Shown piece by piece: positions 1 to 11,800 of a stretch of 20,000 nt of DNA. The stretch is from positions 45,909-65,908 of the IMG/VR virus record IMGVR_UViG_3300012274_000094. One strand, written 5' to 3'. How positions within the stretch are numbered: the stretch's first letter is position 1; each line of letters begins with the position of its first letter. Source of the stretch: an uncultured virus (IMG/VR IMGVR_UViG_3300012274_000094) (Duplodnaviria > Heunggongvirae > Uroviricota > Caudoviricetes). The position numbers and the translations under genes are program-made. The notes below the pieces were generated by a model that was not told where the DNA came from, made no database searches, and saw only the letters and a list, made by a program, of their open reading frames with translations.

Positions 1-2
1 TT

Positions 3-446
3 GGTGTTGATGCTACAGATATTGAAGAAATCTTTAGCGAAGATACAGAAGTTGCTGATGCTGCATTAGAAGCAGCAGCAAATACTGTTCTCGCTAATAC
101 GCCTGATGAAGGTCCAGAACTCGAAGAACTGGTACGAGAATTTATTTTCGGTGAGGCAGATGAAACTGAAGAAGGTTTCGACTCAATGGCTAAAAAAATT
201 AAAGCTCGAAATGGAGCGTTTAGCCAGCGTAAAGTGAATGGTCGAAAAGTTCATTACCGTGGAGTTCTTGCGATTCGACAAGGGGTTAAAACTGTAGTGA
301 ATAAACGATTACCTGGTCAAAAGGTGCGTTTAACGTCAGCTCAAAAAGCTGGTATGAAAAAAGCTCGTCTTCATGCTTTCACTGCGAATGCTATTCGCAA
401 GCGTTTGCGTTCATTCAATAAAGGTAAACGTTTAGGTATTTACTAA
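3..446 (+). CDS. 5'-truncated phage protein with an acidic N-terminal part and a very basic C-terminal ~87 aa (possible internal head/scaffold-type protein)
   Basis: The frame is open from position 3 (GVDATDIEEIFSEDTEVADAALEAAA...EEGFDS) directly into the 186..446 ORF with no stop, so the listed 86-aa ORF is only its C-terminus. Stop TAA at 444-446. Confidence 0.75.
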   Translation, partial: GVDATDIEEIFSEDTEVADAALEAAANTVLANTPDEGPELEELVREFIFGEADETEEGFDSMAKKIKARNGAFSQRKVNGRKVHYRGVLAIRQGVKTVVNKRLPGQKVRLTSAQKAGMKKARLHAFTANAIRKRLRSFNKGKRLGIY

Positions 447-453
447 TTGCTAT

Positions 454-482
454 TAGGTAAAGTCATTTTATGGCTTTACCTA
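454..482 (+). other. 13-bp intergenic hairpin (possible mRNA stability/processing element or weak terminator)
   Basis: TAGGTAAAGTCAT-TTT-ATGGCTTTACCTA with one G-U pair; no clear U-tract follows. Confidence 0.6.
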
Positions 483-508
483 TCATCCATTCAATTAAGG
501 AAATAAGC

Positions 509-787
509 ATGAATACAACTCAAATCTTAGGTGAAGCGCCAGGTATTCAATATCAGAAAAAAACTGATAAAACTGAAACAAAAACAAATCAATCATTAAC
601 TGACACGATTATCATTGGCCGTTTTATGCGTGGGCGTTTTGATGCACCTATGACGATCCATAAAGGAAATATTCGCGGTGAACTCGGTTATGAACCAAAT
701 AACCCTGATTATCGTTGTGTCCAAGATACCCTTGAACGTGGTGTGCCTTCAGTACAAGTTCTGCGGGTACCGCCGAATATTGGATAA
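509..787 (+). CDS. 92-aa protein resembling an isolated N-terminal domain of a contractile tail sheath
   Basis: RBS AAGGA at 497-501 favours ATG 509 over ATG 470, which lies in a hairpin. Motifs PGIQY...IIGRFMRGRFDAP...LGY...Y..VQDTLERGVPSVQVLRV resemble sheath N-termini. Confidence 0.55.
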   Translation: MNTTQILGEAPGIQYQKKTDKTETKTNQSLTDTIIIGRFMRGRFDAPMTIHKGNIRGELGYEPNNPDYRCVQDTLERGVPSVQVLRVPPNIG

Positions 788-800
788 AAAGAAATAAACA

Positions 801-825
801 AAGCTACCTTTAAGGTGGCTTTTTT
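801..825 (+). terminator. Rho-independent terminator
   Basis: AAGCTACC-TTTAA-GGTGGCTT followed by a T-run, just after the 787 stop. Confidence 0.8.
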
Positions 826-827
826 AA

Positions 828-899
828 TGGAACCAAACAACTTTGAAAGGGTTTTAACCTTTTACTCTTGATGCATATAAAAGCTATAGAGCATCAAGA
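828..899 (+). promoter_or_regulatory. Putative late promoter TGGAAC-N29-TACTCT plus hairpin abutting the start codon
   Basis: TGGAAC 828-833 and TACTCT 863-868. Perfect 9-bp inverted repeat TCTTGATGC (866-874) / GCATCAAGA (891-899), ending just before ATG 902. Confidence 0.6.
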
Positions 900-901
900 T
901 C

Positions 902-1549
902 ATGCAACAATCTAACCCGATTTTACTTAACCAGCTTAAACAAGATTATATTGCCTTACAGCAACTTGGGTCCCCCTTATTAGCGTGTCAAGGAATGTTT
1001 GTACCTCGTGGCATGGAAGACCTTCGCTTTTTATTTAAAAGTTGCCCACGGCCGATTGTGAGTAATGAAGATCCAGCAGAAGTTCAATATGCGGGTGGTT
1101 TTACTGGAATTGTTGCTGGTCCACCGAAAACCCATTACACAGGCAACCTTCAAATCCTAGTAACTGAAGCTGGTCATGATCAACTATTAGCTGAATATGT
1201 CGTAGCTAGTGGTGGAATCATCCATGGTGATTACTACGATGGCCGATTAGGAAGTTTTACCCGCTCATATGCACTTGAAAACTGTGCTATTCGTTTTGAA
1301 TCAGCTGAATACGATTCTGATAGCCGATCACAAGTAATGACAGTTTCTTGCCCAATTGATTACAACTACTTTGGTAGTTTCGCAAACATTGGTACCAACG
1401 GTAGTATTCAGCCGGGTAAAAAAGAAATTGATGGTACAGCTGAGCTTGTTAATCGAGTTCAGCAAGTGATCAATACTGCTCAACAAGCAACTAATCTTGC
1501 AAATGCTGTGCAAGGCGTTGGTCGTCAACTGGGCAATCTATTTGGGTAA
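902..1549 (+). CDS. Tail tube-like protein (P1 BplB-like)
   Basis: 215 aa. The pattern GMEDLRFLFKSCPRP...EVQYAGG...GPPKTHYTGNLQILVTEAG...LENCAI...DYNYFG recalls the P1 BplB/tube fold, with a Gln/Asn-rich C-terminal extension. Confidence 0.6.
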   Translation: MQQSNPILLNQLKQDYIALQQLGSPLLACQGMFVPRGMEDLRFLFKSCPRPIVSNEDPAEVQYAGGFTGIVAGPPKTHYTGNLQILVTEAGHDQLLAEYVVASGGIIHGDYYDGRLGSFTRSYALENCAIRFESAEYDSDSRSQVMTVSCPIDYNYFGSFANIGTNGSIQPGKKEIDGTAELVNRVQQVINTAQQATNLANAVQGVGRQLGNLFG

Positions 1550-1992
1550 TGGCTATGAAGTTATTACCTGAATCAGAAGGGTATGCTGTAGTTGCTGGTT
1601 CTATCCAGCAACTTTCGGAAGAACTCTATAAAGAATATCAATTAACTGGTTACTCAATTTTGCTTGAGGATATCGTTAAGGCATTTATTGAAGAGACAAA
1701 ATCTTATGCGGGTTGGGCGACATTAGATTGTCAAACTAAGGCAATTACCAGTATTGAACTGAATGAATCCATAGAACTTAATGGGGATGAGTATGTAATC
1801 ATTTTGCCTTTAGTAAAAGCGCATTGTGATCTTTTGCAAGCTCGATTAGTTGAAGCTACCCGTGGGCTAGGTGTCGAAAGTTACGGGCTTTCAGTCTCAG
1901 AAGCTCAGCAAAACTATAATGAGAAGAAAGAAGCTTTACCAAAACTTGCATTTTTAATGGTCCCTAAGAGTTTTAATATGGGGAACCGTTAA
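1549..1992 (+). CDS. Hypothetical phage structural/assembly protein
   Basis: 147-aa ORF with TAATG stop/start overlaps at both ends, lying between the tube-like and hub genes. Confidence 0.6.
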   Translation: MAMKLLPESEGYAVVAGSIQQLSEELYKEYQLTGYSILLEDIVKAFIEETKSYAGWATLDCQTKAITSIELNESIELNGDEYVIILPLVKAHCDLLQARLVEATRGLGVESYGLSVSEAQQNYNEKKEALPKLAFLMVPKSFNMGNR

Positions 1993-2885
1993 TGCAAATT
2001 ACCATTGTGTCTGCGGGTAAAGTTATTCCAGCATCTGAGCTCATTAGTGCAACTTTAAGAACTGATCTCGTACCAATTCCAGCATCCATTGAGTTTACAG
2101 TTCAATCAACAGCAGAATTAGACTCCCTTTTGAAAGAAGGGGAGCAGTTAACTGTAAACGATATTTCTCATCCATTTGAATTAATCAAAGTTACTCCTCT
2201 AAAAACTCAAACTATTAAACAAGATCGCCGTGTAGGTGGTATCTCATGTATTGGCATTTTGGCTGGCTGTAAAAGACTTATCGAAAATTCAAAGCAAGCT
2301 GTTATTAGTAATGAAACCTCCTTTAATTCAGTGATAAGAGCTTGTGGAGCAACTATCAGTCTAGGTGGTGATTTACCTTTGCCAAAATTCGTATGCCTAA
2401 AGGGAAGCTTGCCTACACAACGTTTGGCTCATTATCTGCAGCAAGAAGCGGCAGTCATTTGTTTTCAAAACAATAAGATGTCAGCTCAAAAAATTGATTC
2501 TTTTTTCAAAAAGGAACCAGTCACAAAACTAGATCCTAGCAGTGTCGTTTGGATATCCAGTAAACCTTTGGAACTGATGCAAAAATCATCTTTCGTGACC
2601 GTGGAGAATAACGGTTCAACGGTTGTTGGTGATGACTCAATAACCCCAGGCCACACTGTTACGCAAAGAGCTGGTTTAGATGCCCGACAAGTTAAAAACT
2701 TAGAAAAAGTTTTGATCTTGCGGGGAACCATAATCAGGCCGCTAAATTTGAATTGGAATGCGGGCGATATATTCGAAATTGATAGTAAGAAGTATGTCGT
2801 TTTAACAGCTGCACATCATATAGATACAGGCGCAATCGGGGGATCAATGGGGACTTCATCAAAGTTCTGGATTGCTAATTTGTAG
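1992..2885 (+). CDS. Baseplate hub protein (gp27/GpD-like)
   Basis: 297 aa, directly upstream of a spike OB-fold. Shows LISATLRTDLVPIPASIEFTV at the N-terminus and a hub-like C-terminal barrel (GDIFEIDSKKYVVLTAAHHI). Confidence 0.6.
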   Translation: MQITIVSAGKVIPASELISATLRTDLVPIPASIEFTVQSTAELDSLLKEGEQLTVNDISHPFELIKVTPLKTQTIKQDRRVGGISCIGILAGCKRLIENSKQAVISNETSFNSVIRACGATISLGGDLPLPKFVCLKGSLPTQRLAHYLQQEAAVICFQNNKMSAQKIDSFFKKEPVTKLDPSSVVWISSKPLELMQKSSFVTVENNGSTVVGDDSITPGHTVTQRAGLDARQVKNLEKVLILRGTIIRPLNLNWNAGDIFEIDSKKYVVLTAAHHIDTGAIGGSMGTSSKFWIANL

Positions 2886-2894
2886 GTCAAATAT

Positions 2895-5800
2895 ATGAAT
2901 GGTTATAAACGTGCAAAGATTTTAAGTTACAACGCAAAAGGTCGTACTGCACAAGTACACATTCATGGTTTAACTGATGGCGCGAGTGAAGGCATTACGG
3001 CAACTTTTGCCTATCCAGTCGGTGATAGTGATTTAGATACAGAAATACAAATTGTGGATGGGGAAGACGTCTATGTCTTCTTTGAAAACGGCAATGAAGA
3101 ACGTCCAGTAATCCATAGTTATGTTAGTCACGGAGACGGCGCAATTGTAGGTGTGCGCCGTATTCGACAAGACAATATTGAATTTATCTCTAAAGAAAAT
3201 TTAAAAGTAGATTCTGGCACAACTGTATCTATTAAAACGCCGTTGATGAATGTGCAAGCTAATACACAACAAACTGGTAATAGCACATTAACGGGAAATA
3301 GCACTGTAGTAGGTAATACTTCAGTAGCAGGTAATAGTTCTGTTGCAGGCAGTATGGCCGTAGGCACAACGCTTACGGTTGCAGGTGTGCCTATTGACCC
3401 TAAAGCTATTGAGGGGGCATTTAAAGACGCTCTTGATAAGTTAGAGAGTTTAAAAGAAGACTTAAAAGAACAAGGCGAAAAAATTGATGAAAACAAAGAT
3501 CAGGTAAGCCAAGAAATTGATGAAAAAATAAAAGAAGTAGAAGAGTTAATTGATAATATTAAAGATTCTGATGCCTATAAATTGCTTGAAGAAGGTATTA
3601 ATCATATTGATGAAGAAGTGCAAAAAATTCATGACCAAGTAAAAGAAGTAGGTCAGATTGCACAAAATAAAGTTGATGAAATTCGGGCTTATATTGATCA
3701 AGAAATTGTCGATACAAAACAGATTGTTGAGCAGCATGTCAGTGATGCAAACATTCGTTTGGATGAAGCCAATCAACGTATTGATCAATCAATTCAAGCG
3801 AATGAAGCGCTGGTGGCAGATGCTCAACAACGGGCTATTCGTGCTGAGAAAGAACTTGATGACAAAATTGGTTTCATCAAGAGAGAAACGGATTCTATTA
3901 TTGCTGATGTTAGAAGTGATGCAGATGAAATTCGTATAGTTGCTGAAAACGCAAAAAAGGTTGCAGATCAAGAAGTTCTAGACCGCAATAAGCAAGCAGC
4001 TGAAACTCTTATTGTAATAGACCAAACAAAAGCCGCTTTAAAACAAGATATTGATCAAAGCTTAGTTAAAGCAGGTCAAATGATTGATGATGCTAAATTA
4101 GCATTAGGTGAAGAAACTAATACTCTCATTAATCAAAAAATTGAACCTATTGTAAGCCAAACTGAAGCTGCTGTTAAAAAAGTAGATCAAGTTGCAGCCC
4201 AATATGTTGACCTTAATAAGAAAGTCGATTCGGGCTTTCTAGCTGAAGCTGAAGCACGTGCAAATGATAAAGAGGCATTAACTCAAAGTTTTGAGCTTAA
4301 GTTTGCTGAAATGCAAACTGAATTGGGAAAATCAAACGCCTTAATCTCAGAAGAAATTAAAACGCTTGCAGCAAAAGATAAAGCTATAACTGAACAAATT
4401 AGTACTGCTCAGTCTCAAATTGGAGATAACAAAGCAGCAATTAATAATGTTGAGCGTACAGTAGTTGATCTTGGTAAATCTGTTGCTGAAAAAACTGATC
4501 AAATACAAGCCAGTTTAGACACCACAAATGCAAGTTTATTAAGTGCTAATGAGTTAGCGCGGATGCAATCACTTGGTAAACCTTTACGTGATGATCCCAC
4601 GTTTCTATCGGGGAATGGGGGATTAAGTGCCTATGCGGTACCAGCAGGCTCAACACTAACTCGACAAGCCAAATCTACGGATAACCCCGTAAATAGTACC
4701 CATGAGATGCTTTTAAGATCTACAGCATCTTTAGGTGGTGGCTGGTATCCAACTGTTCCTACACTTGTAGCTGCGCCTAATAAAACGTTTTTAATAAAAC
4801 AAATCATTAAAATGCCAAAAGGGACATATTTATTACCAGTTGGCAATGCTACAGGTACGGGTGGTTATTTACGAGTACTTGGAAATAAAGAAGGTACAGG
4901 CAAGTTTGAGGTTTATTACTCTGTTGTTCAGTGTGGCTATGATGCACCAGCAGCTATTCATGGGCATTTTCGTGTTTTAGCTGGCACTAATCCACCTTTA
5001 CCAAGCACTTCAAGTCCAGTTGATGTAATCCTTGCTGATTATGAGGTCTGGGACATTACAGCATTAAATGACACCATTCCTAAAGCATGGCGTGATCAAA
5101 TTACTGGTAATGCCTCATATATCGAAAAGGTTGAATCTTCTGTAAAACTTGTTGATGAGAAACTTGTTTCAGAAGCAAAAAAACTTGAAGAACTAAAGAC
5201 TGACTATAATTCAAATAAGACTAAAACAACGTCTGATTTAGCGACAATTACTCAGTCAGTTTCTGATGGAGATAAAGCCTTATCATTACGTATCGACCAA
5301 ACGAAAGCAGCTCTGGAAGAAGCAGATCGTCAGTCGAATTCAAATATTCTAGAAGTTACTGAGTCACTAGCTGAATTTGAACAGTCTACCACGACAAAAT
5401 TTACGGAACTTGATACAAGTATCTCGAAGGAAAATTTGAAGGTACAAGGTCAGATTGTAGATGTCCAAAAAAGTGTATCTACCTTAGAAAGTAATACAAA
5501 CACTAAAATATCTGGCCTTTCTTCTTCACTTAAAACTACTGATGATATTGCTAAACTGGCTTTCGATAATGCAGCCGAAGCGCAGCAAACTGGTACAACA
5601 GCGGTAAAAGCTACTGAAGCACTTTCTCAAAATTTATTAAGTCTCAAGTCTCAAACTCAAGTAACTACTGGTGTGAGGGCAGTAGTAACAGCAAAAGGAA
5701 TTGATGACTGGTCAACTTGGCGAACTACAGGTGAAGCTAAAGTACTTCAAGATTCTGATGCATTTGGCGGTTATATTCTTGAGCTTGGTAATAATGCTGG

Positions 5801-8800
5801 CAATGATGAAGTTTGGGTTCATTGGAAAGAATTAGTAAAAATTATTCCAGATACGCTTTATCGGGTGCGTGCACGTTTCCGTCGTGTTGCTGGTGAAAAT
5901 GGAAGTATTTATTTAGGTGTTGCATGTAAAACAGCAGATCAAACTAAGTATGTAACAACTACAAATAATCTTGCTGCAGACATGGGCTCATCAAATTACT
6001 TGTTGTCTGCAATTAAACCAAATTTAGGTGAATGGCAAGAAGTAGTACTTTATCTGAAAGGAAAATCTACAGGTGCAGCTACGGGACTTGGAACAATTGA
6101 TAATCCGCGTACTTTCCCAGCACAAGCTGAATTTTATGCCCCAATGTTTATTGGTAACTATGCAGCTCAACCAGGTATAAGTCAGCTTAACTACATTATC
6201 GTTGAAGATAACAACTCTTTAGCTTCAGCAAATGATGCAACAGCAACTGCAAATGATTTATTCAAAACTGCTACTAATAGAACTGAGGCTGAAGCAGAAC
6301 GGACCAGTAAGCTTGAATCAAGAATGCAGAATGCTGAATCAGGTATTCAGAGTAACGCTCAAGCATTATTGAAAACAGCTACAAAGAGTGATCTTGAAAG
6401 CGCCATGGGACGTGTGGCGACTGATATTACAGCTGCAGTGAATAACATTAAGATTGGTGGTGTAAACGCCGTAGCTAATTCAGAAGCACCTCGAACGTCC
6501 ACAGCAGCAACAAGCCGTGAATACTTAATGTATGAACGTAGCAAAGAGCTGAAAGCTTTTTATGACGAAAATTTAGATAAGCCGGTTACTATTTCTTTTG
6601 ACGTGAGTGTGCCCGTTGCTGGAACAGTACAGGTTTACTCTTCAAATGGATCTGCTCATTACTTTACAACTTCAGTTACTGTAACAAAAGCAAATGAGTT
6701 TCAAAGATTTGCAGTTACAGTATCCCCTAAAGTACATACTGGAAGTACTACCGAATCTACAATTGAGTTTTATGGAACATATGGTTCTGGTCGAATTCCA
6801 ACAATTCAAAAATTACAGATCGAAGCAGGCAATAAGGCTACTGCATGGAGCCCAAGCCCACGTGATACTCAAAGCTCTTTAGATGCTAATGCGGAAGCAA
6901 TTAAAGTCACTCAAGCTGAAGTGAAAAAGAATGGAGATACTTTATCTTCTCAAAGTATAGATATTTCTAAGCTTAGAAATGATTTAACTTTGACTAACAC
7001 TGAAGTAGGGAAAAAAGCCTCAAGTGAAGCACTTGAAACAACAAATTCAAAAGTAACTGAACAAGCTGGACAGATTAAGGCTGTAACTGAACAGGCAAAT
7101 ACCTTGTCTGCGAACTTAAGTAAATCAGCACCAGCGGGTACAAATCTTTTAATTAATTCAAATGTAATTGGTAACTATGATGGAGTTTCGTATCCTCATG
7201 TACTTTATAAAATGGGGGAAGATTGGGAGGTAGGTGCAAAATATACTTTGTTATGGTGTGCAGAACATAAGCGTAATAATGCTGATACAAACTCTACATT
7301 AGGTGCATATGTAGGTGGTGGACAGCAGGTTGTTCAATCACTTACAAATAGTAATGGGAAAGTAGTAAGTAAAATTACTTTTACTAAAAACAGTAGTGGT
7401 TTAGGTAAGTACGTCAATTTCTACATGCTTAATAGGCCAAGTGCAGCACAAGGTTCTATTGGTACAGTTTACTGGGCTGTATTAGTCAAAGGGGAGTTAA
7501 TAACTACAGATAGTTGGATTGCTAGCCCATATGACTTTAATGCAGCTTTTGATCAAGTATCTGCTAATCTCACTGAGTTTAAGCAAACATATGTGACTGA
7601 AAGGGATGCATTAGCACAGCGCACATCTAAGCTTGAAGTTGGTATGACAGATGTAGAGAAGAATATCTTTAACACTGCTCAAGCTCTAAATAACTACGCT
7701 ACAAATGCAAAATTAGATGAAGTTACAGCTTCACAAACAAAGACGTTTAATACTTCACTGACTAAATTGGATGAAGCACTGAAATCGGCAAATGACAGTG
7801 ATTCATTGGCAGGCGATTATAACTGTAAGAATCCTGACATGTGGTATAGCCATTACGGTTATGACATCTCTCAGTATTTTAAAACTACAACAACTGGGAA
7901 AATTGGTAATACAGTTTTCAGAAAGGATACTTCAAATCCAGTTAACTGTTTTAATTACAATAAACAATCACTACCAAATACACGAACATATATTGTGAGT
8001 TTCCTTGTTCGTCGTAGCTCCGATTCAAACGGTCTTTGTTACATTCCAATTGGTCGTGCAAAAAATGATGGGGTATTTTCAACAGCAAATTATACTAGTG
8101 TAAGTGTTCCAATTGCTGAAATCCCAGCAAATGAAACTTGGACTCTTATTTCAAAAGTCATCAACATGACTTCAGTTGATGATACATATCCCCAAATTCA
8201 GTTAGGTATTGCTTTAGGTCATACTGGAAATGCGGGTTGGTGGGAAGCGCAAGCATATAAAATTACACCAGTTCTAAATGAGTCAGATGTAGACAGCACA
8301 ATTGTTAAGTCTTCTATTCTTGTTGATTACTCAAGTAAGTCTGATACGACTAAAGCAATCTCTGCTGCTACTGAGTCTCTTAAAGCCAAATTCCGTCAGA
8401 AATTTGGTGACTTATGGACCAATAGTTCAGCAACTCTTGATAGTACTCGTTATACAAAAACAGAGACTAATCAGGCGATTGCAGAGGAAAGTAAAATCAT
8501 AAAAGCCGCAATTTCAACTAGTGGCGGCGATAATATTATTAAAAATGGTGATTTTTCTAAGCCTCTTGAAATTTCAAATTGGCGTCAAAATGCAGCAGTA
8601 GCAGGTAGCTTATTAGAAGTTTATAAGGACTCAAATGGGGTTACTTGGGGGCATTTTAAATCAACCAATACAGCTACATATTTTAAAGGCTTTATTGAGA
8701 CGATTACTTTAGCTGAAGGTCTAGAAGGGAACCAGAAATACACGTTGTCATTCAAGGCAAAATCATTGACAGCTGCTCAATCACAAATACTCCTAATCAT

Positions 8801-11800
8801 TCATCGTCGTGATGCTGCAGGTAGTAACAATCAAATTGGAACCTCTTGGAATAATATTTCGACAGATAAAGAAGTTTTATGTACTTACACATTTGACACT
8901 AATCTTGTTGATTTACAATATATTAATGTAATTCTGTATGCTCAAATTGGATTTGCACCTGATTTTTTAATTCGTGAAGTACAAATTGAAAAAGGTGAAT
9001 TAGCAACTGGTTTTAGAAAAAATCCTCGTGAACTTGAAAAAGGGTTAGAGGCTAATGCAACCGCAATTGAAGGGACCAAGGCAGATGTTAAAAAGAATGG
9101 TGAACAAATTGCATCCATTTCTGAAAATTATGTAACTTTAAAATCTGCGGTCGATAATAATAAATTATCTGTTGACGGTAAGTTTCAAGAAATTAACTCT
9201 ACAATTAGCGACAACCAGCAAAATACAACACAGTCAATTTCGAACTTAGAGTCAAGTTATAAACAACTTAATCAAGATCTTGGTCAAGTTTTCAATTATC
9301 GTGTCTACTCATGTGGTTGGAATGGCTTTTTCACAGGGATAAAAAACCTTAAAGGTGAAATCAAATCCGTAGCTTCAGCTCGCGGATTCTCAGTTCATGT
9401 TTTAGCTGCTGATGGGTCAATTGCATCTTCAACTCGATACGATACATATGCTGCTATCGCTAATGCAACGGCGATGAGTAATGCTATCGCCGCGATTCCG
9501 AATGACACATTTGTTATTGTGACCAATTACGACAGTATCGGAGTAAATATTGCTACTGTTAGAAATGCCTTAATCTCTCTTGGGGCAAATCCATTTACAA
9601 TTGATCAAATTACTGGCCGTGATGCATACATATTAGTAGGTCAAAAAGGAATTGGCTCGGGGAGAGGTATCGAATTACATTCAACACCAGATACGGGCCC
9701 AAATGGAGCCAAACAAATCATGCTTGCCGTTCAGGTCGTAAGTGGTATTCCGATTGGTTTGGCAAATAACAGTGGTAACTTACAAAAGGTGTTAGAAAAC
9801 CACGCTCAAATACTTCAAGAAAAAATTACTCGATCTGATGCAAAAGAAGTCTTTGCTGAGGAAATTAAAGTCTTCAAAGCACAACTAGATACCTTACGTT
9901 ATTCCGAAGAAAACTGGATTTTACTAGGTGATGATACTAAAAATTTAAGTATCACCACTGGTACCAATAGAACCGTTGCTGTTTGGGAACTTCAATACAA
10001 ACATAAAGAAATTCCTATCGATAAAGGTGATCCGGTTGTAGCCCGTATCAAATATACAGCTGCAGCTGGATTAGTTGGAGCTACCTGTAGCATTCAATTT
10101 CATGGAGCAACTTATAGCATTGGATTACCTTCATTTATTGTTGCTGCAAGTGGTGAAATTGAATTGACTGGTATTTTCCCTTCTGATTTAAAAGCCTCTG
10201 CTTATGAAGGTATTCCATTGGGTTTACGATTTGATAATGCTCCATCAGGGGGAACATTTACTGTGACCAATATGTTTATTAGCCGTGGTAATTCAGCACC
10301 GAACTTTAAAGGAGGTTTTAGATCCTCTCTTAAGCAAAATGCACAGTTTGTAGAAGATACTTTTATCAAAGCAGATGCAAACAAAGGTGTTATTGCCCAG
10401 CAAATTCAACAATATGATGCTGGTGTACCTGGTGGATTATCTACAGTTGTGAAAACAACAAAAGCTACAGCTGACCAAACTTCACAAGATCTTGCAACTC
10501 TTAAAAATACTGAAATTTCACAGTTACAAACAAGTACTAACAATCTTGGCTCTGCATTAGAAAACACAACTATGCTGGCGATGATGATTACTAACGGCAA
10601 GTTGGTGCAAGGAGACGTGAACTTTAAAAAGGGTAATAATGTAGTAGGTGTATATAACAATGCTGGAAATGGGAACGTTACTGTTACTCGTGTGGCAAAA
10701 AGTGCGGATAACCCGACTACATCAACACATGAGCTGGAAATCAAAACCATTGGTGCAGCAAATCCAGTCTGGGGTGGATTTTTCCAACTTGTTTATGGCC
10801 GTGCAAATGCTGTTTTTGTCATCAAATATTTAATCAAGCTACCAGTGGGTTATAAATTAATGAATGCTGGTAACGCTATGGGGACTGGCGCAATTGATCG
10901 CTTCATTGGCAGTACAGAGGGTACAGGTAAATTCGAAACTTATATTCGAATGATTAAATGTGGTGCGGCAGGTACTTTCTCAAACTCAGGACATGTTTAT
11001 GTGGCTGGCGGCTCTACACCAACTGCAACAGTACCTTTAGTTTGGACCTTAGCCCAAATTGAGCAATATGACGTTACCGATTACGCTTCAGCTGACCCAA
11101 CATTACAAGATTTTGTTTCTACAGCTACAGACTCTATTTCAACATTAACCAATTTCAAAGAAACATGGGCGGCCAAACTTTCGGAGATGTCTTCAAAGTT
11201 AGACAGTAAAAACGGCGCTTATATTCTGAATGCGGATATGACAAATACCAATGTTGAGCGAGCTATTGCTGCATCCTCACAGAAAATTACCTCAGAATAT
11301 ACTAATGCAATGAGCGTTCAGCCACTGGGTTCAGGTGGAGGCAAAATTTTCGTGAAGCCTTTGACTTGGCGTCAACCAATCACGACTACGGGAACTCTTG
11401 TAATTAAGACACCAATTACAATTGGTGCCTTCATGACTAAAGTTAAAATCTCAGGTTATAACTACAACAACAAAGAAGACAATATTTTTGATTTGGACTT
11501 GGCGTTCTATGCATATACGTCAACAGTACCATTTTATCCAAATATGACTTCGCGTTCTTTTGGTATCACCTTAGATGAAAGTAATACTACGACTAAAGGT
11601 TTGGCTTTAGCTTTAGATAGCAATAATAAAGTGTGCATCTTAATTACCAAAAAAGATGCTTGGTCTTACCCAGCTATTACGGTTGAGTCAGCAACAATTA
11701 CTCATACAAACCCGCCAGATAACTTTAAAGAAGGATGGTCAGCGGCTATTGAAACGGATTTATCGGTTTATAAGTCAGTAACGCCGTTTACTGTCACTTC

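Noticed and set aside
186..446. 86-aa basic ORF as an independent gene (ribosomal/histone-like)
   Set aside because: The frame is open upstream to the window edge; it is the C-terminus of a longer CDS.
470..508. ATG 470 start for the 105-aa ORF
   Set aside because: It lies within a hairpin; ATG 509 has a proper AAGGA RBS.
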